DNA from: Squalus acanthias
Lineage: Eukaryota
Reading direction: 5' to 3'
Assembly (NCBI GenBank): GCA_030390025.1
Contig: CM059452.1
Span: 17,670,001 to 17,734,000 of the forward strand
DNA: 64,000 nucleotides
The notes below the pieces were generated by a model, which was given only the letters and a program-made list of their open reading frames with translations, ran no database searches and was not told where the DNA came from. Position numbers and translations under genes: made by a program. Numbering within the stretch: position 1 is the stretch's first letter; every line of letters begins with the position of its first letter. Positions 36,660 through 47,049 of the stretch are shown piece by piece.

Positions 36660-36882
36660 CATGAAGATTAGACCATTTCTACCGTGTCCTGGCCAATATT
36701 TATCCCTCAACCAACGCATTATCACATTGCTGTTTTAGGAATCGTGCTGTGCACAAATTGGCTGCCGCGTTTACTACATTGCAACAGTGACTACACTTCA
36801 AAAATATGTCGTTGGCTATAAAGCGCTTTGGGACGTCCTGATGACGTAAAAGGCGCGATAGAAATTCAAGTCTTCCTTCTTT
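36660..36882 (+). mobile_element. Truncated Deu-type SINE next to the C1 acceptor
   Basis: Reverse-complement match to 42565-42790. Confidence 0.7.
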
Positions 36883-38084
36883 TATGTATTGAACGTATTG
36901 TCTGTGGATAATTGTCGTTTGTTTTACTTCCCTTAACATCGCTGTGAAATTTGACACCACCTGAAATATTTTGAAAACTAGGGTCCAGCTATTGATTAAG
37001 ATGATGTGATTGGCTCGCAGCCACGGGATCGGCAATGTTTAACACACATTGGTGACATATAAGAGTTTATTATTAAAATTAACCTCATCTGAAATGTTAC
37101 TGATCCATTCACATTCAACAATATATTATTGTTTTACGAGTTGCATTGTTTTATTACGGGAAAGGACAAAGTCCAAGGCCACAGCGTGATAAGTTATTAT
37201 ACCAACTGGCGTTGCCACTTTCCCAGCGACTCTGTGTTTAACAAACTACCATTTACTATTGCTGTGTGGCTGTGGTGTATTGAAGCTGGGAGGAATTGTG
37301 ACGACATTACAGTGGGCGTGTTAGGATAAAGAGGTTCTGGTAATGAATGAACATTCAAATAATATTCTGATCATTGTTAATTTCGGAGTGAAGGATGATC
37401 AATGCACCTTGCCGAAAACATCTGTACTCTCGATTTGGCGTCAGATATTAAATGTATATCGATTATTGCTACCAATAGCCTCTTTTAATTTTCCTGCTGT
37501 TGGAGCAGTTTTATTTCGTAACTCAGGGATCAGAGACAGCAGTGAGGTTTGGTAATGCTAGCTGAGGGACCGATAGAATCCTAGCATTTACAGCACCGAA
37601 GGATTCATTCAGATCAGGGCGCCACTGCCGGCTCAAAACAAGAGCAATCCACTAAGGAGTAGAAACACCGCTGCGCCCCTGGTGGCGGACGCCGGGAGCG
37701 CACATGGAGCAATTGCCCATTCCCGGCCTGTATTTTATATTAATTCACTATAGTGAATGGAGAATCACGGCTGGGATTGCGCAGTTCGTTAAGGTGCGGC
37801 GCAGCAGAAATTTTATTCTTAAGCACTATTTCCCTGTCCTTTCCCCATACTTCGATTTTCAAATGTTTGTCTACCTCCTTTTTAAAATAATGTGCTGATT
37901 CTGTTTGTGGTAGGACGTCCCGTGTCCTAGCAACCCTCTCTAAAATAAAATAGCTCTCCTTATCTCTCTTTTCGTTCTTTGGCTGAAGATTTTGAAATTA
38001 TACCCTTTAGTTACCGACCAATGCACGTAGTTTATTTCCATTTAGCTTATCAAATGCTTCATAATTTTACTGCCTCTTGCAGTT

Positions 38085-38815
38085 TGTTCTCATGAAAAGA
38101 GCCCAAGTTTCACTTTGTTCCTTGACCACCGTCTCCATTCTCCTCCATGGCCACTGTCTCAGGCTGAATCAGACTGTTCGCAACTTCCATGTCCAACTTC
38201 AATCGGAGCTGAGCTTTCGACCCCATATCCTCGCCGTCACCAAGTGCTCCTATTTCTGCCTCCGTTTAATTGTTCGAGTCTGCCCCTGCTTCAGCCTATC
38301 GGCTGCTGAAACCCTCATCCATGCCTCTGTCACCTCTAGACTTGAATATTCCAACGCGATCCTGTCTGGCCTCCCACCAGTCACCCTTCGTAATCTTGAG
38401 CTGATCCAAAACTTTGCTGTCCCTAACGTAACTCGCAGGACGTACTCGCTGACCTACATTGGCATCTTATCCTTGTGGTATCTCTGTCAGATATTCCAGC
38501 CCTAAAACCCTCCGAGAGGTCTGCGCTCCTCCAATTCTGTCCTCTTGCGCATTCCCGATTTCCATTTCTTCGCCATTGGCGGCCATACCTAGGTACTAAG
38601 CTCTGGAATTCTCTCAATAAACCTCTACGGCGCTCTTCTCTCTATCCTCATTTAAAATGCTCCTGAATACCTACCTCTTTTCAAAGCTTTTTGTCACCTG
38701 TCCTAATATCCCCGTATGTGTCTCGGTGTCAAATTTTGTTCAGCAAGCCCCCTGTGTAGTGCCTTGGTACATTTTACTACGTTAAAGGCGCTATATAAAT
38801 GCAAGTTGCTCCGGT
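38085..38815 (+). mobile_element. L2 LINE 3' fragment
   Basis: AAETLIHASVTSRLEYSNAILSGLP and GGCGCTATATAAATGCAAG tail. Confidence 0.85.
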
Positions 38816-38849
38816 TGTTATGTTCTTCTCATTACTAGAGCTTCCCGTC

Positions 38850-40800
38850 TGAGGCATTATCTCGGTGAATCCCTTCTGCACCCTCTCCATGGCCTTGACA
38901 GCCTTCCTAACGTAAGGCAACAAAACGGGACATAATCTTAAATTTAGGCCTAAACAATGATTTTTAAATGTAGGGTTCTCTTTCCTTTCTCTTTAGCATT
39001 CGCTACCCCTGCTGAGAAAGCCTAGCATCCCGTACGTTGAATTAACAGCCTTCCACTTTTAATGATCTGTCTATCTGAACACCTGTGTCTCTCTATTCTT
39101 CTTCTCCTTTAAAAACATTACAATTTAATAAATATGTTATCTCATTCTTCCTCTCAAAATATATCACTTTATATTCTCCATATTGCATGTCATCTGCCAT
39201 CTACCTGCCCAATCTACTAAACTGTCTGGGAACTGCTGAATTCATTTTAAAATTATGACATTGAGCCTCCTATACTCGAATCCTATTACATATAGTTCGA
39301 ATACTGAACCTTTAGGAACCCTCGAGCTTACATTCCTCCAATCCGATTTTGCATTATTAACCACTGCCCCCTGCTTTATGTCCTTTAGTGAAGCTCTTCC
39401 CCAAGTTTCTATCCTCTCTTCAATAATACGCACCTTTACTTTATCAACAAACCCGTTATCTGGCATTGTATCACCCGCCTTTTGAACATCAATATACACA
39501 ACATCCACTGCATTTGTTTTATTTATACGCTCCGTTATTTCGTAGGAACATGAATAGGATATTCAGCCCCGTGAGCCTATTCCGCCCTTCAATGTAATCA
39601 AGGCCAAATTGTAGCTTTAGTACATCTACACGCCTTAGTTCCGTAACCCTTAATACCCACACATGACAAAAATCTATCTATGTTATTTTTGCACTTTACA
39701 GTTGGCATAAGCGCAACAGCCATTTGGAGGAAATAATTTCAGATTTCCGCAACAGATTTGTGAAGAAGTGCTTCCGGAATTCTTCCTTGAACGGTCGAGC
39801 TCTAATTTTAAGGTTATGCCCCGCTGTTCTTGATACTCCCAGGAAATATTTTCTCTCTATCCACACCATCAAACCCTTTAATCATCTTAAACACATCAGT
39901 TAAATCACCACTTAATATTCTATGTTCAAGGGAATACAAGCCTAGCCTATGCGACCTGTCCACATAATTTAACATTTTTAGCCCTGGTATAATTCTGGTG
40001 AACCTGCACTGCACCCCCTTCAAGGCTAATATATCATTCCTGAGGTGTGGTGCCCAGAACTGAACTGGAAATGTGCAGAGTTCTTCGAAGAACTCTGTAT
40101 ATCTGTCAGGGAGAACTTGTCCTTTACAGACCCGTGCGAGGTGTCTTTAATTAAAAGATTTCTCTGTTAGTGAATGTTAATTTCTGACTGTTGAAAATGA
40201 CCCACTACCGGCGATTGGCGACTGCCCACCAATAATACTTCTCTCCCTTCTTGAACAAAGATAATATATTAGTCCTCTGGCACAGGTTTCATATCCCAGG
40301 ATGTTTGAAAGTTTGTGGTCAGTGCATCTACTATTTGCTGCATGTCTGTTCTCAACATTCTAGGATACAGGCCATCTTTTGACTTCCATAATTTTTTCAG
40401 CACTCCTTCCTTATCTATAGTTTTCATATTGAGCTGCTCCGCATTCTCCCCTTGTACCTTTCAACTCCCACTAATGTATTTTTTTAAAAGCCGAGACAAA
40501 GTCGTTGGTTAGCATCTCCTTCCTTCATTCATCTTCCTGAAGATGATTCCGTTCTTCATCTTTAATCTAATCTTATCTTTAGATTTCTCACGTGCCACTT
40601 TTTAACTCTCCTCTTAGTGTTTCTACTTATCCAAGGGACTTCACAATAATACTCTCCATAACCTTCCACAACTTCCCAATAACCTCCTCAATATTTCAGG
40701 AATCTCTTTGTGCAATACTAAAGGTTAGATTTTTGCAGTCCTCATATGTAACATTCGGCCATCACAAGTTTGTAGGCAGTGATCCTACTGAAGAAGTGGT
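38850..40800 (-). mobile_element. Old nested CR1 fragments
   Basis: Degenerate RT pieces (DVVYIDVQKA, VPKGSV; VQCRFTRIIPGL...LGLYSLE) with an internal 3' tail at ~39545. Confidence 0.7.
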
Positions 40801-41390
40801 TTAATTCACATAGAATGACATGACAATGATTCAAGGTGTGCATATTGCAGCAGGATGGTTAAGAATAAACAAATAGGGAGAGAAGTGACTGTGATAAACA
40901 AAGCACTTTATGAATTGCTCATCAGCGCTAATTACGAAATCGCATGGATAACTCGTCTTGCAAATGAGGAAAGCATTAGAAAATTGCAAATTATTAATCT
41001 AATGCCACATCCGAAGGGTTCAGTGAATACACCAGGGACAAATTGAGAACAAGGCTGCAAATGCAAATATATTTATTTTGGTAATCAGTGATTTTTTCTT
41101 CTCACTATATATGTGACAGGCTATCAAAGCATATAGCATATGCTAGCTTTACCTTTAATATTTATCCCTGTCGCTAACTCTGTTCCCGGACCACTAATTC
41201 TACCCGCCTCCATTGCAACAGTCTCAGTCACAAGCAAACACTTCGCAGTCTCTGCATTAGCTTCATGATGGAACCTCATATCCTTTCACCCCATATACTT
41301 CCATCGCAATGATTGTCCACATCAGCCTCCGTAACGTCACCCTCCTGCAATCCTACTTCAACCCCCCTGCAACTGAAACCCTCAGACATG

Positions 41391-41580
41391 CGATTTTACA
41401 TTATTAACCACTGCCCCCTGCTTTATGTCCTTTAGTGAAGCTCTTCCCCAAGTTTCTATCCTCTCTTCAATAATACGCACCTTTACTTTATCAAAAAACC
41501 CGTTATCTGGCATTGTATCAACCGCCTTTTGAAAATCAATATACACAACATCCACTGCATTTGTTTTATTTATACGCTCC
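41391..41580 (+). repeat. 190-bp direct copy of 39344-39533 inserted into an L2 fragment
   Basis: About 4 mismatches by eye; splits the L2 motif CTGAAACCCTCA..CATG|CCTTTG. Confidence 0.85.
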
Positions 41581-42564
41581 TTTGGTTCCTGCAATGCTCT
41601 AATTGCCATTTCTACATCTCCCGCCATGCAGAAACATCAGTTTATCCAAATCTCTGATACCACGATCCCATCTACACGAAGTTCCAATGGACCACCAGCC
41701 TTGTCCGCGCTGATCTTTATTTCATCCGAATGCCGTAAGTTTAAAATTCGTGGTCTTGTCTTCACCTCTCTCCTTCCTACTTCTTTAGACCTGAATCCCC
41801 CGCCCCAAGTTAAGTTAAAGGCGCGCGGTATAAATACAAGTCATTCTTACTGACTTGAGGAACTGGTTTGTAACTTGAACAATGCTGAATAATTATTGTT
41901 GGATTCGAGATTTCGCTCAATTGTGAGGCCAAGGAACAACAATGCGGGTCTAAACACATTGTACAAAATACAAATTCTGAAGCTATCGGGAACGTTACAG
42001 TGAAAATAAATTGTGAAATTTTGCTCAAAGCTCAACGGGAAAAGATGGAATCTGCTTAAGGATGTTACAGGTGATGAATAAATTAAGTATAGGGCAATAT
42101 TCGCGGTGTACCTTCTCCTGCGGAGGGAGTATGGAGCAGCTTCACCTGGCCTGGAACTATTTGGTGGGATGGTGCAGATCGAGTTTAACGTTTTGTCACG
42201 TTTTAGGATTTTGACGGTATATATTTTACCGAATTCCGTGTCCGATTGCTGCACATGTCCGTCGACCCCACTCCGATCATCTGCAGCGAAGATTAACCGG
42301 TCCAATCTCCAGGCACGCGATAGCTAAATCATGGGATGGCAACAACAAACCCTGACTCTGCACACCAGCTTCGAGATTCTCCTCTCCTCGCAACGCTGAC
42401 TGAATTTACAGGCTATCAGACCTAGACTCTGGCTCTAAATAAACTGATTGTTTTTTTTAAAAAATAAGTAAACGTCCCGTAAATAGTATAAACAGTGAGT
42501 CAGAGACTTCACTGTTCTCCTCGAAGCATTGAATAACACTTACTTTATTTCTATACATATACAT

Positions 42565-43036
42565 TAAAAAGAAATGCTTGCATTTATATAGCGCCTTTCA
42601 AGAACACCGGATGTACCAAAGCGCTTTACAGCCAGTGAAGTACATTTGGAGTGTAGGCACTGATGCAATGTAGTAAACGCAGCAGGCAATTTGCGCTCAG
42701 CAAGTTCCCACAAACAGCAATGTGATAATGACCAGATAATCGTTTTTGTAATGTTGATGGAGGGATAAATATTGGCCAGGACACGGGCGGTAACTCCCCT
42801 GATCTTCTCTCGAAATAGTGCCATGGGATCTATTAACATCTATCTAAGAGAGAAGACGGGGCCTCAGTTTAACGTCGCATCCAAAAGACGGCACCTCCGA
42901 AAGTGCAGCGCTCCCTCAGCACTGTACTGGAGTGTCAGCCTGCATTTATCGTGCTCAAGTCTCTGGAGTGGGACTCGGAACCCACAACCTTCTGACTCAG
43001 AGGCGAGAGTGGTACAAACTGAGCCACAGCTGACAC
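42565..43036 (-). mobile_element. Full-length tRNA-derived Deu-type SINE (SacSINE1-like) with L2-type tail
   Basis: Minus-strand head AGTGTCAGCTGTGGCTCAG...GGGTTCCGAGTCCC, central conserved domain, GGCGCTATATAAATGCAAG end. Confidence 0.8.
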
Positions 43037-43813
43037 TAAAACAGAGCCCACTTATTACACTGAAACCCACTGTAGTTTCAAAGTTCTCTGCTGCTCGCTC
43101 AATCTTACACACAGAGCGCGTCGATAAGCTCAAATACGGATGTCTCGGGGACTGGCTTCCATGTAAACAGCTTCCTCAGAGTTACAGCTCGGTCACTATA
43201 GTGTGCGCCATTAATCCAGAGCAACAAATGAGACGATTCGAAGGGACAACATATTTGCAGGATCTGTGCCGATATTAATTTAGTAGTCATTTTTTTATAA
43301 AGAGGGGTGATTTTCCAAGGGGAAGGAAATTGTCAGGCAACATTTTATAAAATTACACGTTGTATTCATTCCTTGGTTGCAGCAAATGTTCCTGGACCCA
43401 GAATTGTTTTAATTCTTCGAATCAGAAATACTGTATATCAGGGATGTACTGGGACACCTCAGTAAGGAGTAACTTTACTGGGCTGGGACAGTTTCAACTG
43501 TTTAAATGATCACAATCTATTCAAATAAGCTTCTTAAATAATGCATGACAGGTAAGTTTTGTATTTAAATACAGGTTTGTTTGGAGGTAAGTTTTATATT
43601 TAAATACAGGTTTCTTTTATTGTCGGGAAAAATCTCTTTTGAAAACCATTTTTAAGTGTATGCCAACTAAATTGACAGTGAACCTAACCGACTCATAAAA
43701 AAGAGCTTCGGCTGTTGCATTTTGCGCTTCAGGCCATTTTAACGACAACACTGATTCTTTTCAAATTCTCGGATCAAAATCTTAGCAATAAAGCAGCAAG
43801 AGAGGTCACTTAC

Positions 43814-43870
43814 CAGAGTTCACAGTCAGCACGGTGCCATCTCCGTCATTGTAGCTATCACGCCAGTATA
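43814..43870 (-). CDS. IgNAR: IgNAR J segment with 5' D-like extension (putative germline-joined D-J)
   Basis: TA TAC TGG CGT GAT AGC TAC AAT GAC GGA GAT GGC ACC GTG CTG ACT GTG AAC TCT G|GTAAGT = YWRDSYNDGDGTVLTVNS. The J identity is secure; the D-J fusion is an interpretation. Confidence 0.9.
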
Positions 43871-43898
43871 CACATCATTTCACAACAGCACAAGAACT
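43871..43898 (+). other. 12-RSS upstream of the D-J segment
   Basis: CACATCA - 12 nt (TTTCACAACAGC) - ACAAGAACT. Confidence 0.7.
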
Positions 43899-44224
43899 CT
43901 ATTGTTGCAAACATCGCAGAAAATCCTTCAGATATTCCAAGATATTGATTGAAAATTGCAGTAAATATGATTGAAATCATTGCCTTTATATTGGGATCCC
44001 CGTAGACGGTTATAATTCCCAGCCATTCATAAAAGTCCTGGAGAAATATCAATGTTCCATTATAAATATGACCGTAATATTGATAGAAATATCACGGAAA
44101 TTAATAGAGAAAAGGCTTTAATATGTCAGCCAGTGTCTGACAGAGACAATGAGCATTTAACCGTGAGGTTATTAGCCACTGAGAGAATAATCTGTATTAA
44201 CTTTGTATTAAGAGGTGTGGGGAC

Positions 44225-44262
44225 AGTTTATGTATTACAGGAATCCAAGATTCATCACTGTG
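44225..44262 (-). other. 3' RSS of D (22-nt spacer)
   Basis: CACAGTG - 22 nt - ACATAAACT. Confidence 0.9.
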
Positions 44263-44277
44263 GTACATCCATACACC
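44263..44277 (-). CDS. IgNAR: IgNAR D segment (GGTGTATGGATGTAC)
   Basis: 15 nt between two RSSs; reading frames GVWMY / VYGC / CMDV. Confidence 0.85.
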
Positions 44278-44305
44278 CACACAGTCACAGACCAGTACAA
44301 AAAGG
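44278..44305 (+). other. 5' 12-RSS of D
   Basis: CACACAG - 12 nt - ACAAAAAGG. Confidence 0.8.
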
Positions 44306-44494
44306 TTCCATGTGCATGAGTGCGAGAGCCTCAGGTCGAGACACTTACTGCAAACCAGATTCCTACCTCAATACTTCTTGTCAGGGTGTCTTTTATAACG
44401 AAGAGTGTTATCCCTCCAAAATACTGAGGATCATCTCTTCATGATTAAGCAACAGATAAATAGTGTCCTTGTTCTTGTAACAAAGTGTGCTGAT

Positions 44495-44533
44495 AGTTTG
44501 TGTATTGCAGGGACCGCCTCCTCCATTGCTGTG
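44495..44533 (-). other. 23-RSS of V
   Basis: CACAGCA - 23 nt - ACACAAACT. Confidence 0.92.
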
Positions 44534-44807
44534 GTTCTTTTAGCGCTGCAGATATACGTGGCACTGTCTGCAACTGTCAGGTCCTTGATTCGCAGAGAAA
44601 ATGACTTTGTTCCCTTGTTGACTGATTCAACATATCGGCCGCTAATCGACATCTGCTCCTGGTTTGATGAACCCAGATTTTTCCGGTACCAGTATGTGCT
44701 GCTCAAAGGATGGCTGGTACCAATTACAACGCAGTTGATGGTCAGGGATTCTCCTATCTCTTTCGTTGCCGTTCTTGGTGTTTGGTCTACACTTGCACCG
44801 AAGGTAT
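44534..44807 (-). CDS. IgNAR: IgNAR V exon (VNAR, no non-canonical Cys; type IV/IIb-like)
   Basis: [91 protein letters not shown]; short domain with no CDR2; TTCAG acceptor. Confidence 0.97.
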
Positions 44808-44947
44808 CTGAATGGAGAAAATATATTTAATATATCGCGCATCTGAAACAATACGAGAGTTTAAAGGCAGGGCAATTTCCGCAATGTCGACGCTGCCGCA
44901 CATTTTTATCCAATTAACATTTAATCTCTTTATTAAACAGCACTTAC

Positions 44948-44990
44948 TTGGTAACCAGGCCAAAAGGACCGAAACCCAGAAAATATTCAT
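44948..44990 (-). CDS. IgNAR: IgNAR leader exon
   Basis: MNIFWVSVLLAWLP + 1 nt, GTAAGT donor, 140-nt intron, in phase with V. Confidence 0.95.
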
Positions 44991-45082
44991 TGTTTCTTCA
45001 CCAGCAAAGAGCAATTTAAACAGAGCGAACCCTAGACCCAATACCGACTGCTCTGTGTAACCGTGTGTGTCTGAGCACCGAC

Positions 45083-45140
45083 CTTATAAGCCTCGAGAGA
45101 CTGGGCTCATTTGCATGGGGCGGAGTGAGGGACCAATAGC
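45083..45140 (-). promoter_or_regulatory. IgNAR V promoter
   Basis: TATAAG (~45083-45088), perfect octamer ATGCAAAT on the sense strand (45109-45116), GC box GGGGCGGAG (45117-45125), CCAAT (45133-45137). Confidence 0.85.
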
Positions 45141-45584
45141 AGTGAGTATAACTCACGGGCTGTGAGGGGCTGCATTGTGTCCCCGATATCCATCGTCACA
45201 CTGGTGACATCTGCACCAATTAACATGAACAGATCAGTGGAGATATAGAGAACACGCTTCACGGTAACTGTGTTTGGTTTGTTTGCATCCACACTGATTG
45301 TGTTTCCATAAATTCCTATTTAATAATTTGGCGATATTTTAATGCTATATTAATAATAATATCCGCCCTTATATGCCAGCTTGACAAAGCGAACGCCACA
45401 AAAAGCGCTCACTCAAATAATTACTACTGAACCTCTAATTCTTTTACTGTGACAAACCGAGCTCCCGCCCCGCGATAACCAAGGACCCCCAGCTTGGCAC
45501 CGGCCGCGTTAATAGAAACAGACCTGCAGTTTGGTTTGTGCTGTGGTCTCTCGATCTTTAGTAATCTAGTTTGCAATGTAACTG

Positions 45585-46700
45585 GACTTTAAGAAAGCCT
45601 TTGACAAGTTACTACAGCGGACATTAAGTAACTGGTAATGAGTACAGAATTAAGGAGAGGTGAGCACACTGGATTAATAGAGATTAGAAGAGAGACAATA
45701 GAGAGCTCATTATATTAAGAGCGGTTGGGAGTGGGTAGAAAAATCCCACAGGAATCAGTTCTGGGGATTCTTCCGTTCGCCGCGTATATCAATGATTTGG
45801 GTCTGGGCCTAAAGAGAGTGTTTCGAAATTTGAACATTTTACCAAAATAAGAGGCAGATGTAATTATTGGGAAGACCAACGGAAGCTGCAAAGTGAGATT
45901 GATACAATGGAGGAATGAGCTGAAAAGTGGCAGATGGAATTCAACATCAGCAAGTATGAGTTGATGGATTTTTGTAAAAGGAATAGCAATCATTCTCTGA
46001 ATGGAAGTAGGCTCGGTGCTGTGGAAGAGAAGAGTGAGGCAGCACCGCAGCTTGATCAGGCTGTAAAAAAGCTAATGGGATTCCAGGTTTTATCATAAGA
46101 GATATAGAATATAAAAACAAGAGGTAATGGTAAGCATAATACTTCAGTTAGAGTACTGTGTGCGGTATTCGGCTCCTCGCTGTAATATGGATATTGAGGA
46201 TTTAAAGATTGTACAACACAGATTCAGTAGAATGCTGCCTGGTAATGCTGAAATATAAATATGAAGATATATGCGAAAATTGCTCAATTTTCGTTCTGAT
46301 AACTTAGATTATGGGTCAATAAAATAGAAATGCTTAAAATTATGAAAGGTGGGACGGGGTAGACATAAGCAGGCTGTTTGCAATGGCTGAGGGCTCTTAG
46401 GGGACTTAGATACAAGATTAAATGTAAGAGAATTAGAACAGAAATCAGGAGAAACTTCTTCACAAAGAGAGTTATGAGGCTGTGGAATTCACTTCCAGGA
46501 TTAGTGGTTGGGGCAGAAACTATGTCAACAATCACAATTAGATTGGAGATGTGGATGTAGGAAAGAGGTTGAAGGGCTGTGGATAAGGCGGGTAAATGTG
46601 ATTAGAACTATTTGCTTGTGTGGAGGGTAAACGCCGACACTGACTGGTTGGGTCTAAAGGACTAATTCCGTGTTATAACATCTAGATATTTCTATGCATT
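45585..46700 (+). mobile_element. Old CR1 RT/3' fragment
   Basis: GACTTTAAGAAAGCCTTTGACAAG start; RTEIRRNFFTKRVMRLWNSLP. Confidence 0.8.
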
Positions 46701-47049
46701 AGGTGCATACCGTGGAGAGCTGTCTATTTAATATTTTGTCTGCATAAGCGAATTCCATAATTCTCCTAGCTTGATGTCATCTGTTAATTTAGTTACTTCG
46801 CATTGAGGTTTCAGCTGCCTAACCTTAAAAATTACATAATTCAACCTCTGTGTATCAGCGACACGACCATTGCGAATATGGATCCCTGCTGGTTGAAAGG
46901 GCAATGTCCATCTGACTGAGTGCCTTTCAAGTAATGGGGCGGGTGGTCGGAATGTCCTCCATCATCACCAACCCGATAAAAGCCTTTATCTGGTTCTGAG
47001 CTGTCTGGAGTTGATATAGCGGTTCTATCTCCATGGCAGAACACAAGGA

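Noticed and set aside
43548-43614. Short tandem duplication and NF-kB-like motifs just 3' of J
   Set aside because: Short, imperfect and AT-rich; not distinguishable from chance.
43859-43898. Alternative reading: ordinary 45-nt J with RSS CACGCCA-24-ACAAGAACT
   Set aside because: Poorer heptamer and off-length spacer, and it would leave no 12-RSS partner for the D 22-RSS or for J. Disfavoured but not excluded.
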